Source: Candidatus Aegiribacteria sp.
GTDB lineage: Bacteria; Fermentibacterota; Fermentibacteria; Fermentibacterales; JCC-6
Assembly: GCA_021108005.1 (NCBI GenBank)
Contig: JAIORS010000076.1
Location: 8,860-72,859, forward strand
Length of the DNA: 64,000 nt
Reading direction: 5' to 3'
In this document: positions 27,901 through 36,917 of the stretch, piece after piece
Layout: every line of letters begins with the position of its first letter
How positions within the stretch are numbered: position 1 is the first letter of the stretch
Notes under the pieces: model-generated
The model's input: only the letters and a program-made list of their open reading frames with translations
Database searches by the model: none
Told to the model about the DNA's origin: nothing
Program-made: the position numbers and the translations under genes

Positions 27901-29995
27901 GTGTCCGGAGCCTCCTGTTGTCGCCGGCTTCAGCAGCCGCGAGACAGGCTATCTCAAGAAGAGATGGATTCGGCTCCCCGGATGCGGCAATGGCTCTTTC
28001 GGCGTAGGCCGTCGCTTCCTCTGCACGGTTTGCATGCAGATACCACACAGCGGCGGTTCTGAGGATAGAGGGAGAAGCGGGATTCAATGCAAGGCATTTG
28101 TCAAGAAGATCCTCATGATCAGGTGTGCTGCCAGCTGTTATGGGCGCCATGAGACGTGAGGACATTATTTCAATGGAACCGGGGAATTTCGAGACGCCTT
28201 CAGAATAGAGGGAATCGTAATCGCCATTTTCCAGAGCTGTCAGATGTATTGCCCATGCGTAATGGTTTGCCCGGGCGTCAGGATGAGTCACAGCTGCCCT
28301 GGCCCAGGAGGCAGCTCTTTCCGAATATCCGTTCATTGAACAGGCTCTCGAAAAAGCATTGAAAAGCTCAGGTGATGCCCCGCTAATTTCCATTGCCCTC
28401 TGGATGAAGAGGGTATCCGTATTTCTCGATGCTCTGGCCAGTATTATCCCGGCAACATCCACACGATCAACAAGTTCTGGATTTGACAGAACCTCGATCA
28501 TAATATTCTCGAATTCCTTCATCCTGCCCTGTGAAAAAGCCAGATTCAGCCCTGTTTTGTACGCGTCAGGCGAATCATCGCCCTGGATTACAGCAATTTC
28601 GTATGCCCATCTTGCTCTGTCCATATTGCCGTCATCCAGTTCCGACTTCGCCAGGTTAAGCATATTACCGCCCGCACTTGCCGCAGCGGTTGCGACCGGA
28701 AGGGAAAAATCCAGTCTTCCGTTTCTGCATACCGCGTCGTTGAGCCATGAGTAGTATTCTACAAATGAGGTTGTTCCCTCCGACTGGAACAGTATTACGA
28801 ATAGAACTGTGAGTAGCCCGGCTACAGTTCCTGGAATGGCTTTCCTGACAAGCATTGCGAATACGCAGAGTACTGATGCGGGAATTATGTAGATTCCCCA
28901 TGAAACACCCGCTGGACTGGAGGAAAGGAGAAACAGGACAGGCGCCAAAAGGAATCTTGATATCCATCCGGGCCCCGGGAGCAGTGTAACTGAAATCGCA
29001 AGAAGAGCAAAGACTGTTGTCGACCAGCCGACGGCAAATGAAGCTGAGACAGCGATTATGAACATTGCTGTTCGGGCAATACCTTTCGCAGTCCGTGATA
29101 ACAAGATAAGAAGTGCCGCAAGAAGAGCGCCGGCAATTGATATGAAATCAGCGAATGTCATCACTCCGGATGCCGCGATATATACACTGAGAGCTCCGGA
29201 CAGGGGAATTGATACTTGCCAGAACGAGTGTTTAAGGGAAGTTGCATACTCCTTCCACTCATCCCTGTGAAGAGTTCTGTAGAACCATGCCAGAATGAGT
29301 GTAACCGGAAGGAGATCAATAAGGTAAGTTGTATAATGGAGTGAACCTGTGAAATGCGGAGCCGTTACCGCATGCCACTGGAAGTATTCCTGAACCGTTA
29401 AAGCGTAGGGGAAGTGGTTGACAGTCAGGAGGTACACAAGACTTGGCCAGGTGAAGAACACCAGGAATACCGGCGCGAAAACAACACTCGTGGTTATACC
29501 TCTCAGAATTTTTCTGTTCGATGCGACTGCCCATGAAAACACACCGGCGAGTGCGCACCCTAAGGCAGCTTCGATCCTTATACCGGATGTGGTGCCTGTC
29601 AATTCCACCATAGGGTTGAAAAAATTCATCAGGAAGAATACAGCGTTGTTTCTGTGCAGTGGGAAATACCCGATAGCGGTCGATGATCCCATTATGAAAT
29701 CAAGAAGGGGCGGGAGCAGTGTCAATGTCCAGGCGAAGATCATAAGACGCAGCAATTTTCTCAGGGGGTATCCCGAGAAAAGGTGCAGCAATCCCGTTAA
29801 CCCGAGCATCGGGAATAAGTAAGCTATAGGGAAATGAAAAACAAACGCGGACAGGGGGAAAAGCAGCCCGGCTGAAACCGATTCAAGGAGATTTCTAGTA
29901 ATTATCGTTGCCGCGAACAGCGCGATGAGTTGAGCATCTGAAGCTTTAATCCCAGAAATTCTATCCAAGGTGCTTACGATTAAATTCCTTTTCAT
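27803..29995 (-). CDS. Large polytopic membrane protein with a ~300-aa TPR-like C-terminal domain
   Basis: 730 aa. The first ~430 aa are hydrophobic segments, then helical repeats rich in A/L/Y (..RARWAYEIAV.., ..AEEATAYAERAIA..). ATGA overlap with the lipoprotein gene. Confidence 0.55.
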   Translation of the reverse strand: MKRNLIVSTLDRISGIKASDAQLIALFAATIITRNLLESVSAGLLFPLSAFVFHFPIAYLFPMLGLTGLLHLFSGYPLRKLLRLMIFAWTLTLLPPLLDFIMGSSTAIGYFPLHRNNAVFFLMNFFNPMVELTGTTSGIRIEAALGCALAGVFSWAVASNRKILRGITTSVVFAPVFLVFFTWPSLVYLLTVNHFPYALTVQEYFQWHAVTAPHFTGSLHYTTYLIDLLPVTLILAWFYRTLHRDEWKEYATSLKHSFWQVSIPLSGALSVYIAASGVMTFADFISIAGALLAALLILLSRTAKGIARTAMFIIAVSASFAVGWSTTVFALLAISVTLLPGPGWISRFLLAPVLFLLSSSPAGVSWGIYIIPASVLCVFAMLVRKAIPGTVAGLLTVLFVILFQSEGTTSFVEYYSWLNDAVCRNGRLDFSLPVATAAASAGGNMLNLAKSELDDGNMDRARWAYEIAVIQGDDSPDAYKTGLNLAFSQGRMKEFENIMIEVLSNPELVDRVDVAGIILARASRNTDTLFIQRAMEISGASPELFNAFSRACSMNGYSERAASWARAAVTHPDARANHYAWAIHLTALENGDYDSLYSEGVSKFPGSIEIMSSRLMAPITAGSTPDHEDLLDKCLALNPASPSILRTAAVWYLHANRAEEATAYAERAIAASGEPNPSLLEIACLAAAEAGDNRRLRTHAFYASQLYPENELFSHFLSESHDALSSVSAD

Positions 29996-30774
29996 TGGTA
30001 ACTCCAGATATCATTGGTGTCTTCAAATATGGAAAGAGCGGGAACACTGCCCGGAAGGTCATCTGCCCATCTGAGTCCAGCAAGCAGCTGAATCGTAGAG
30101 AATAGACCACCTCTTGTAATTCCGCTTGGAGTGGAGCCGTTTATCCCTTCTCCCGCAAAAACACACCACCCCCTTGTATCAGGATTTTCAGAAATGGAGA
30201 ACAGTACGATTCTGTATCGGGATAGAATATCAGGGGCTGTCCAGTATTCAGATATTTTAAGGACTGAGGATAGATCCGGGATTCTGAGCACCATCAGAAT
30301 AAGATCAGGTTTGTACATGTCGAATAACTCCAGAAGAACATCCTGACGATTCGTGTTATTCAGCCATGCGGTTCCGGAAATTCCATCAAGAAGTTCTTCC
30401 GGTTGCGATCGTACGTTGCCGCCGCTGTCTACCCATATCCGGATATGGTCTCTGTTTATCTCGTAATCAAGGCAGCTGTCGCTGATGAGAGCCACAAACA
30501 GATCGTTTTCGAGAGCTTCGGTAACAAGCTGATTGCTACTATGGTCATCCTCGCGGGAGTTCGGGGTATCCGGAAGAAGCATGGAAGCAGACACGTTGTT
30601 GCGGCCCGATGAGATATCCCAGGGCAGGCGGGGGGATATTCCGATATCCCTGAATTGAATGATAACAGTGGGAGAGTAATCTGAACCTGTGTTGTCAGAT
30701 TTATCGACTTTATTACCGCATCCTGCGATAATGAGTAGAAGGACCGGGATACATCGGGTCAAGGTTACCTCCAT
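29992..30774 (-). CDS. Lipoprotein of unknown function, first gene of the membrane-protein operon
   Basis: Lipobox LLIIAGCG. 260 aa. I recognise no motif. Confidence 0.55.
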   Translation of the reverse strand: MEVTLTRCIPVLLLIIAGCGNKVDKSDNTGSDYSPTVIIQFRDIGISPRLPWDISSGRNNVSASMLLPDTPNSREDDHSSNQLVTEALENDLFVALISDSCLDYEINRDHIRIWVDSGGNVRSQPEELLDGISGTAWLNNTNRQDVLLELFDMYKPDLILMVLRIPDLSSVLKISEYWTAPDILSRYRIVLFSISENPDTRGWCVFAGEGINGSTPSGITRGGLFSTIQLLAGLRWADDLPGSVPALSIFEDTNDIWSYQ

Positions 30775-30834
30775 GGTTGTTTTTCTTCCGCAGGCGGAAA
30801 TATAACCAAAAGCCTCAGGCGGGTTAACCTCAAT

Positions 30835-30866
30835 AAAAAAGCAGGGACCCTTAAGAGGATCCCTGC
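30835..30866 (-). terminator. Intrinsic terminator of the T9SS protease gene
   Basis: On the minus strand, GCAGGGATCC..GGGTCCCTGC forms a 10-bp stem with one mismatch and is followed by TTTTTT (complement of 30835-30840). Confidence 0.75.
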
Positions 30867-30884
30867 ATGAGAAGCGATCAACAG

Positions 30885-32606
30885 TTAGTTTGAGAGAACC
30901 ACTTTCTGTGCTGAGATCTTATCGTTTGCGAACAGCATTATAAAATAGGTTCCATTAGACATGTCTGAACCTTCGAACTGCACCGAGTGGGAACCGGCCT
31001 GCATCTCTTCGTCTATAAGTGTGGAAGCAATTCTGCCGCTCATATCGTAGACACACATTTTGGCATTTCCATCGAATGGAAGGTCAAAGGTTACATAGCC
31101 ACCGGCCTGGATGGGATTGGATGAGACATTCAGATTGAGAAGGTCTGTGGTTGAGGGGGATCCCTCTATGCCTGTAGTAGCCGTAATATTGAAAGTGTAC
31201 AGGTGATCCAGAGGGGAATTGGACATAAATGCCGGGAAGAAGATCGCGTAGTCCCATCCGTCGGCGCCGACTGAAACACTGAAATCGCCGGTTGTGGGAT
31301 CGCATTCGTACCAGTCGAAGACGAGTCTTCCGGCGTTATCCTGCATGATTACGCCGAGGTTCCATTCGAAGCTATCTCGGCCGTTGAAGGCCATTTCGAT
31401 CCAGTCATTCTGATAGTTCGTCAGATCAACTTTTATCCAGTGGATGCCGTATCTATCCGGCTCGTAGTTGGTTGTCTGGTCACCGCTGGCCGGCAGAGTC
31501 GTAATGTTATGCCAGGGAAGAACCCTGGGGCCCGGGGTCCAGGTGGATGCTTCTTCTTTGTACATACCGCAGCCGGAGAACCAGTTACCTGCGGTGAACC
31601 ATCTCCAGCAGCCGTAATCCATGAAGAACGATTCGAAATCGGTTCCGTGGCTGGCGAACATCTGCTCGTGGGCTTCGATCAAGCTGCTCCCGGATATTGC
31701 AGCGCAGTTTTCCCACACTTCGCGAACAGCTTCGTAGTTCCATCTGTCCCACATCATCCATGGCCATGTGAAAGCACCGTACCAGTACATCGCGTTGGAA
31801 CGGATATCCATCCAGGGGGTACGGAGTGCGTTATCGCCGGAGGTGATGTACTGCCTGTAGTCGTCAACGTCGGGGTATACCATTTCTTCCATCCAGACCG
31901 CGCAGTTTTCCATGAACCAGGTTTGTTCTTCGTAGCTGTAGGAGAACTGGATGGCGTGCTGGAATTCGTGGGCTACAGTGCAATTTCTACAACCAACGTT
32001 CGTGATACTATTGCCTATGACAACATGGCTTGCGGAACACGCCTGGGAGGAATCGGGCGGGTGGTATTCGCCGTTGCGACTTGTGTATCCGAGTGTTCCT
32101 CCTTCAAGGTGGCAGATGTAGATATCGTAGAGATCGTCGCCGCCTACGCCGTTATCGGGAGGGGGATAAATAAAATTCATTTCGTTACATTCAACCTGCC
32201 AGGATGAATCCGCAGCGACGGCAACTGTGTACGCGTACGAATAGCTGGTCGCGTCTACACCCGAATTGGTCCAGTGGATTTTGAAGTGACCGTCATCTGA
32301 GTTGAACGTCTGTACAGGCCCGCTAAGGATGGGACGGCTTGCAAGCGGTGAGTCGATGTCAGCGGTAAGTCGGCTGGCTTCGAGAAAAGCGGGTGTTCCG
32401 CAGGGAACGTGATCGGTTCCCTCTGTATAAATCGATGGCAGATTATCGTAATCCGTTACGCTCCGGATCAGAAGATCCGCTGCAACAGTATTTGTGATCT
32501 CTCCCGTTTCCAGAGCCGACAGAATTCTGTCCATGGAAGTATCTCCAAGCGCGATGCCGGAGATAATCAACAGAAGAGAAGCAAGAAGAGCAAGAGTACT
32601 TTTCAT
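30885..32606 (-). CDS. Secreted HExxH metalloprotease-like protein with a T9SS (Por) C-terminal sorting domain
   Basis: Signal peptide MKSTLALLASLLLIISG and zinc motif VAHEFQHAIQ. The C-terminal ~80 aa (..VYDMSGRIASTL..GSHSVQFEGSDMSNGTYFIMLFANDKISAQKVVLSN) are typical of a type A T9SS CTD. Confidence 0.75.
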   Translation of the reverse strand: MKSTLALLASLLLIISGIALGDTSMDRILSALETGEITNTVAADLLIRSVTDYDNLPSIYTEGTDHVPCGTPAFLEASRLTADIDSPLASRPILSGPVQTFNSDDGHFKIHWTNSGVDATSYSYAYTVAVAADSSWQVECNEMNFIYPPPDNGVGGDDLYDIYICHLEGGTLGYTSRNGEYHPPDSSQACSASHVVIGNSITNVGCRNCTVAHEFQHAIQFSYSYEEQTWFMENCAVWMEEMVYPDVDDYRQYITSGDNALRTPWMDIRSNAMYWYGAFTWPWMMWDRWNYEAVREVWENCAAISGSSLIEAHEQMFASHGTDFESFFMDYGCWRWFTAGNWFSGCGMYKEEASTWTPGPRVLPWHNITTLPASGDQTTNYEPDRYGIHWIKVDLTNYQNDWIEMAFNGRDSFEWNLGVIMQDNAGRLVFDWYECDPTTGDFSVSVGADGWDYAIFFPAFMSNSPLDHLYTFNITATTGIEGSPSTTDLLNLNVSSNPIQAGGYVTFDLPFDGNAKMCVYDMSGRIASTLIDEEMQAGSHSVQFEGSDMSNGTYFIMLFANDKISAQKVVLSN

Positions 32607-32651
32607 TGATTCACCCTTTCAATAATTTCCGGGTGCATTGACACCCGAGTA

Positions 32652-32681
32652 TTTGTGACAAAGTAATTACCTGTGGTACAA
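32652..32681 (+). promoter_or_regulatory. Sigma-70-like promoter candidate with extended -10
   Basis: TTGTGA (32652-32657), an 18-nt spacer, then TGgTACAAT (TACAAT at 32676-32681). It would give a ~170-nt leader before the ATG at 32856. Confidence 0.3.
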
Positions 32682-32855
32682 TATCTTGCAGTAATCATCC
32701 GCATAGTCAATAGATCGGTAACATCGTATTGATTCTGCAAAGATACATTCAATATAAGGTAACGTCCATACGATGAATAGGGTTCCCGAAGCACAATTCC
32801 GAGGTTGCACAGGGTCTGCTTCCTCATCATAGTCGGGCTTTGGAGGTTAATGTAA

Positions 32856-34247
32856 ATGAGAATTACTTTTTACGGAGCAGCACAGTCAGTTACCGGTTCA
32901 AAACACTTGCTGGAGGTCAACGGTAGAAAAATACTTCTGGACTGCGGCCTGCATCAGGGCCACAGAAAAGAAAACGAGAAACTGAACAGGGAGATGCCCT
33001 TCGATCCGGGAGAACTTGATTCCATAATTCTTTCCCATGCCCATATTGATCATTCGGGGAATCTTCCCGGAGCCGTGAAACATGGATTCGGAGGGATGAT
33101 AACCTGCACCTTCGCAACGAGAGATCTTGCGGCGATAATGCTTCCCGACAGCGCACACATTCAGAAGTACGATACTCAGTATATAAATAAGAAAAGGGAA
33201 CGAGAAGGACTGAAGCCCATTGAGCCTCTTTACGATGCTGAAGATGTCACAGAAACGCTCAAGCACTTCATGTCCATACCCTACAACAGATCGTTTCCTG
33301 TATTTCCGGATATCTCACTCAGATTCCTCGAAGCCGGGCATATATTGGGTTCCGCCCAGGTGGAACTCACAATAAAGGAGAAAGGAACGCAAAAGGTTCT
33401 CCTCTTCTCCGGAGATCTTGGAAGACCCGGAAGACCGATTTTGAAAGATCCTGACATGAGCGCACACGCGGATATTCTGATCATGGAAAGCACCTACGGC
33501 GGCAGGAATCATGGGAAACAGGAAGAGTCGCTGCAGAAGTTCAGAGCCATAGTCAACAGCACATTCAAATCCGGCGGAAAGCTTATAATTCCGTCTTTCA
33601 GTGTGGGACGCACGCAGGAAGTCCTTTTCGACATCCATGAACTGGTGGACAGGAATGAAATGCCCCCAATGAAAGTGTACGTTGACTCTCCTTTGTCTTT
33701 TGACGCCACTGAGGTTTACAAGCTTCATCAGGAGTGTTTCGATACGCACATGCGTGAGCTTCTTTACAGTAACAAGAGTCCTTTCCAGTTTGAGGGTCTT
33801 TATTTCACCCAGGGGGTAGGTGATTCCAAGGCTCTGAATAATGATTCCAGCCCTATGATCATTATCTCAGCCTCTGGAATGTGCGAGAATGGGAGAATCC
33901 TTCATCATCTTAAAAATAATATCGAAGACGAAAGAAGTACCGTGCTCGTTGTCGGGTTCATGGCGATGCATACGCTGGGCAGAAGGCTGCTGGAAGGCGA
34001 GAAACAGGTTAAGATATTCGGCGAGGAGTACACGGTGAATTCCCGTGTTGAAGTTATAAACGGGTTTTCAGCTCACGCTGATTCCGATGCCCTTGTTGAT
34101 TACGCTGAGAAAGTCGGCAGTAACGCTGAGCGTATATTTCTTGTTCATGGCGAGCCCGATCAGAGTTCAATACTTTCAAACAGAATCGCGGACAGGATAA
34201 ATACGATACCTGTAGTTCCCGCAAGGGGTGAAACGTTTGAATTGTAG
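32856..34247 (+). CDS. MBL-fold beta-CASP ribonuclease (CPSF73/RNase J-like)
   Basis: GSKHLLE.., HAHIDHSG metallo-beta-lactamase motif, and beta-CASP / C-terminal RMMBL region ending GFSAHAD...LVHGE. Confidence 0.85.
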   Translation: MRITFYGAAQSVTGSKHLLEVNGRKILLDCGLHQGHRKENEKLNREMPFDPGELDSIILSHAHIDHSGNLPGAVKHGFGGMITCTFATRDLAAIMLPDSAHIQKYDTQYINKKREREGLKPIEPLYDAEDVTETLKHFMSIPYNRSFPVFPDISLRFLEAGHILGSAQVELTIKEKGTQKVLLFSGDLGRPGRPILKDPDMSAHADILIMESTYGGRNHGKQEESLQKFRAIVNSTFKSGGKLIIPSFSVGRTQEVLFDIHELVDRNEMPPMKVYVDSPLSFDATEVYKLHQECFDTHMRELLYSNKSPFQFEGLYFTQGVGDSKALNNDSSPMIIISASGMCENGRILHHLKNNIEDERSTVLVVGFMAMHTLGRRLLEGEKQVKIFGEEYTVNSRVEVINGFSAHADSDALVDYAEKVGSNAERIFLVHGEPDQSSILSNRIADRINTIPVVPARGETFEL

Positions 34248-34334
34248 TCACAGGATAACGGTCAGCTGGAACATTGTACAACCTGTCAGGATACATCGAC
34301 TGATGATAAGGAAACGCGAAACACTGGAGACAAT

Positions 34335-35435
34335 ATGACCATTTGCACCTGTATTGTATTTGTTCTTTCAGGGATTTTCTCTGTTGATTACCTGCCTCCG
34401 CCTGATGGAATCGGTTCGGAAATACTGCCCCTGAACACAAGATCCTTCGGCATGGGTGGAGTATGTGTCGGAGTGCCTGACAGTACCGGTTTTTCGATGC
34501 TTAATCCCGCGGCTTCCGCCTGGACTCTTGATGGGGGTGTCTGCTTCGGGGGGAAATACAGTGAAGGAGATGTGAAAGCCTGGGATAATCAACTTGGTTT
34601 TCCGATGATCTCGGCCTTTGTGCCCTTGCCGGGAGGAATCGTGATATCCGGAGCCATAGATGGCAGAAGCAGGCTTGATTCCGAGCTTCAGGAAGCTGTC
34701 AGTGACAACTATACAGGAGAATTTACCTGGTCCGGTGGCATTGTGGAAACCTATACCGGCATCTCTATCAGCGCTAACGACTGGCTGGCCTTATCGTTTG
34801 GAGGGCGCTGCTCCTTCGGAAATATCCTTTCCGATATAACACTGATCCCATCCGACAGTATTTCTCCGATTCCGATCAATTCCGTTTACCGTGATGATGC
34901 CCGTTTGAGAATGGCATGGGGCGGCACATTCGGGATACTTGTCAATACTGACCGATTCGGGCTTGGATTCTCGATATCAACCGACAGGAAGGGAACCCTT
35001 GAAGTAAACAGGGACTTTCTAACGTCAGGATCACCTGACAGCTCCAGCAGCATCTATTCCCTTCCAGGTGAAATAACCGCAGGAATATCCTTCAGACCGG
35101 TTGAAAGGCTTCTTTTAGGTGTTGATATCTACAGTAGAAAAGTCCTGAACATCCTCGGAAGCTGTACGGATGACGGAAGTGTATATTCGGTTGGAGCGGA
35201 AGTGAATGTGGGAAACGGCTTATTAACCCGCTGCGGATTCAGCTATATGGATGGATTATGGAGGGACGGGGCTGAAACCTTCTCTGCCGGTGCCGGATAC
35301 AGTTTCAGCGAAGGAAGGGCCGGAATAGATATTGCGGCCGGTTATCAGTACTGGCGCGGCGTTCAGGACCGCTTCCAGGAGGAAACGGTGTTATGTGTTT
35401 CATTATGGGCTACTGAGAAATGGCTGGGACGATAG
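34335..35435 (+). CDS. Outer-membrane beta-barrel protein candidate (PorV/FadL-like pattern)
   Basis: N-terminal TRSFGMGGVCVGVPDSTGFSMLNPAA motif and alternating amphipathic strands with G/S/D turns through to the C-terminus. Confidence 0.4.
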   Translation: MTICTCIVFVLSGIFSVDYLPPPDGIGSEILPLNTRSFGMGGVCVGVPDSTGFSMLNPAASAWTLDGGVCFGGKYSEGDVKAWDNQLGFPMISAFVPLPGGIVISGAIDGRSRLDSELQEAVSDNYTGEFTWSGGIVETYTGISISANDWLALSFGGRCSFGNILSDITLIPSDSISPIPINSVYRDDARLRMAWGGTFGILVNTDRFGLGFSISTDRKGTLEVNRDFLTSGSPDSSSSIYSLPGEITAGISFRPVERLLLGVDIYSRKVLNILGSCTDDGSVYSVGAEVNVGNGLLTRCGFSYMDGLWRDGAETFSAGAGYSFSEGRAGIDIAAGYQYWRGVQDRFQEETVLCVSLWATEKWLGR

Positions 35436-36142
35436 CTGCTTCAGATAGAATCATTGCCATAGTCCCCGCCAGGTACGCTTCCACAAGACTTCCCGGGAAG
35501 CCACTGGCGGACATAGCAGGCATTCCAATGATAATCAGAGTACTGCAGGGGATAAGTGATTCCGTTGACAGGGCAGTGGCGGCAACCGATGATAAACGTA
35601 TTATGAATACCGTACAGAACGCCGGCTTTGAGGCTGTTTATACTGGAGAAGCCATATCAGGTACTCAAAGGGTCTTCGATGCCTGGAAACTGCTTGGTTT
35701 TCCGGGAGATACCATAATAAACGTGCAGGGTGACGAACCCCTTGTAAATGAAGACTGGATCAATTCACTCACATCGGTACCCGCTCAGGATGATCGAATT
35801 GTTACACTTGCCAGGGAAACACCAGCTGAGCTCATAGGATCACCCGATTCAGTCAAAGTCGTGCTTGATGAAGAGCGGGAAGCTCTGTATTTTTCCAGGT
35901 ATCCCATTCCTCATGGTTCGGATAATCTGCTGGAACACATCGGAATCTATTCTTTCAGTCCGGAATCGCTGACGAGGTGCGTCGAAGCAGGGAGTACCTT
36001 TCTTTCCAGGGCTGAAAGGCTTGAACAGCTTGCCTGGCTTGAACGGGGAATTCGAATCCGGGTTGTAACCGGTGAATTCCGGGGAATAAGTGTTGATACT
36101 TCGGAAGACCTTGAGAGGGCGGTGGATTATTTCAGTACATGA
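35420..36142 (+). CDS. kdsB: 3-deoxy-manno-octulosonate cytidylyltransferase
   Basis: IVPARYASTRLPGKPL and VQGDEPL motifs. Confidence 0.9.
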   Translation: MAGTIAASDRIIAIVPARYASTRLPGKPLADIAGIPMIIRVLQGISDSVDRAVAATDDKRIMNTVQNAGFEAVYTGEAISGTQRVFDAWKLLGFPGDTIINVQGDEPLVNEDWINSLTSVPAQDDRIVTLARETPAELIGSPDSVKVVLDEEREALYFSRYPIPHGSDNLLEHIGIYSFSPESLTRCVEAGSTFLSRAERLEQLAWLERGIRIRVVTGEFRGISVDTSEDLERAVDYFST

Positions 36143-36917
36143 TAAAACCCCGTTTTTTGTAATTGGCCCTTGCAGCCTTGAATCCAGGGAAATATCGGCA
36201 AGAGTTGCCGAATTCACGGCAGAACTTATAGGATCACTGGATCAACAGGTCGAGTGGGTTTTCAAGGGTTCCTTTTTAAAGGATAACCGAACCAGCCATA
36301 ATTCCTACCGGGGTCCTGGAATGGATGAAGGCTTGAGGATACTGGAAGAAATTTCTGAATCGTTCGGTGTCAGAACCATTACCGATATTCACAACGCGCA
36401 GCAGGCCGTTCCTGTAGCCCAGGTGGTCGATGTTATCCAGATCCCGGCGTTCCTATGCCGGCAAACCTCGATTCTCGAGGCGGCAGGAGCTGCTGGAAAA
36501 CCGGTGAACATTAAAAAGGGTCAGTTCATGAATCCTGAAAACATGAAGGGTGCTGTAACGAAGACTTCGGAAGCAGGATGTCCTGAAATTTGGTTGACCG
36601 AAAGAGGCACGTTTTTTGGCTACGGTGATCTCGTGGTTGATTTTCGTTCACTTTCGGTAATGAGCGAATTCTCGGACAAGGTTATTCTGGATGTGACCCA
36701 TTCCCTTCAGCGCCCCGGAGCAGCCGGAGGTCAAAGTGGTGGCTGTCGGGAGTACGCTCCCGCCCTTGCGAGGGCAGGTGCGGCATGGGGTGTTGACGGC
36801 CTCTTTATTGAGACGCATCCTGACCCTTCTTCAGCGCTGAGTGATTCCGCGACAATGGTGGATTTCGATACTCTTGAAGCCATGGTAAGGAAAGCTGTTT
36901 TTCATTGGGAAAGCTGA
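36090..36917 (+). CDS. kdsA: 3-deoxy-8-phosphooctulonate synthase
   Basis: FFVIGPCSLES, FKGSFLKDNRTS, IPAFLCRQT and HS.QRPG motifs. The true start is probably one of the in-frame TTG codons (36093 or 36111) or the ATG at 36090. Confidence 0.9.
   Translation: MLILRKTLRGRWIISVHDKTPFFVIGPCSLESREISARVAEFTAELIGSLDQQVEWVFKGSFLKDNRTSHNSYRGPGMDEGLRILEEISESFGVRTITDIHNAQQAVPVAQVVDVIQIPAFLCRQTSILEAAGAAGKPVNIKKGQFMNPENMKGAVTKTSEAGCPEIWLTERGTFFGYGDLVVDFRSLSVMSEFSDKVILDVTHSLQRPGAAGGQSGGCREYAPALARAGAAWGVDGLFIETHPDPSSALSDSATMVDFDTLEAMVRKAVFHWES

Noticed and set aside
31440-32207. 255-aa + strand ORF inside the T9SS protease gene. Similar long antisense ORFs occur at 3872..4387, 8652..9083, 16646..17164, 39359..39895, 59835..60524 and 62383..63006.
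   Set aside because: These are shadow ORFs opposite well-supported conserved genes. Their composition is low-complexity and they have no recognisable motifs or RBS.
32673-32689. Sigma-54-like element TGGTAC-AATATC-TTGCA upstream of the beta-CASP RNase gene, of interest because rpoN is in the window
   Set aside because: The spacing between the GG and GC dinucleotides is 11 nt instead of the strictly required 10, and the -24 box is TGGTAC rather than TGGCAC. The sequence is better read as an extended -10 sigma-70 element (TGgTACAAT).
32603-32830. 75-aa minus-strand ORF in the 250-nt divergent intergenic region, and a small hairpin CGGGTG-CATTGA-CACCCG at 32629-32646
   Set aside because: The ORF has no RBS or motif and overlaps the protease start codon. 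The hairpin stem is only 6 bp. I see no tRNA-like or riboswitch-like conserved motif in the region.
36090-36917. Whether kdsA and the 59026..59790 gene are duplicates of one function
   Set aside because: The motifs separate them. The first has the KDO8PS pattern and Kdo-pathway neighbours. The second has the DAHPS I-beta pattern ([19 protein letters not shown]). They are paralogous families, not a duplication.
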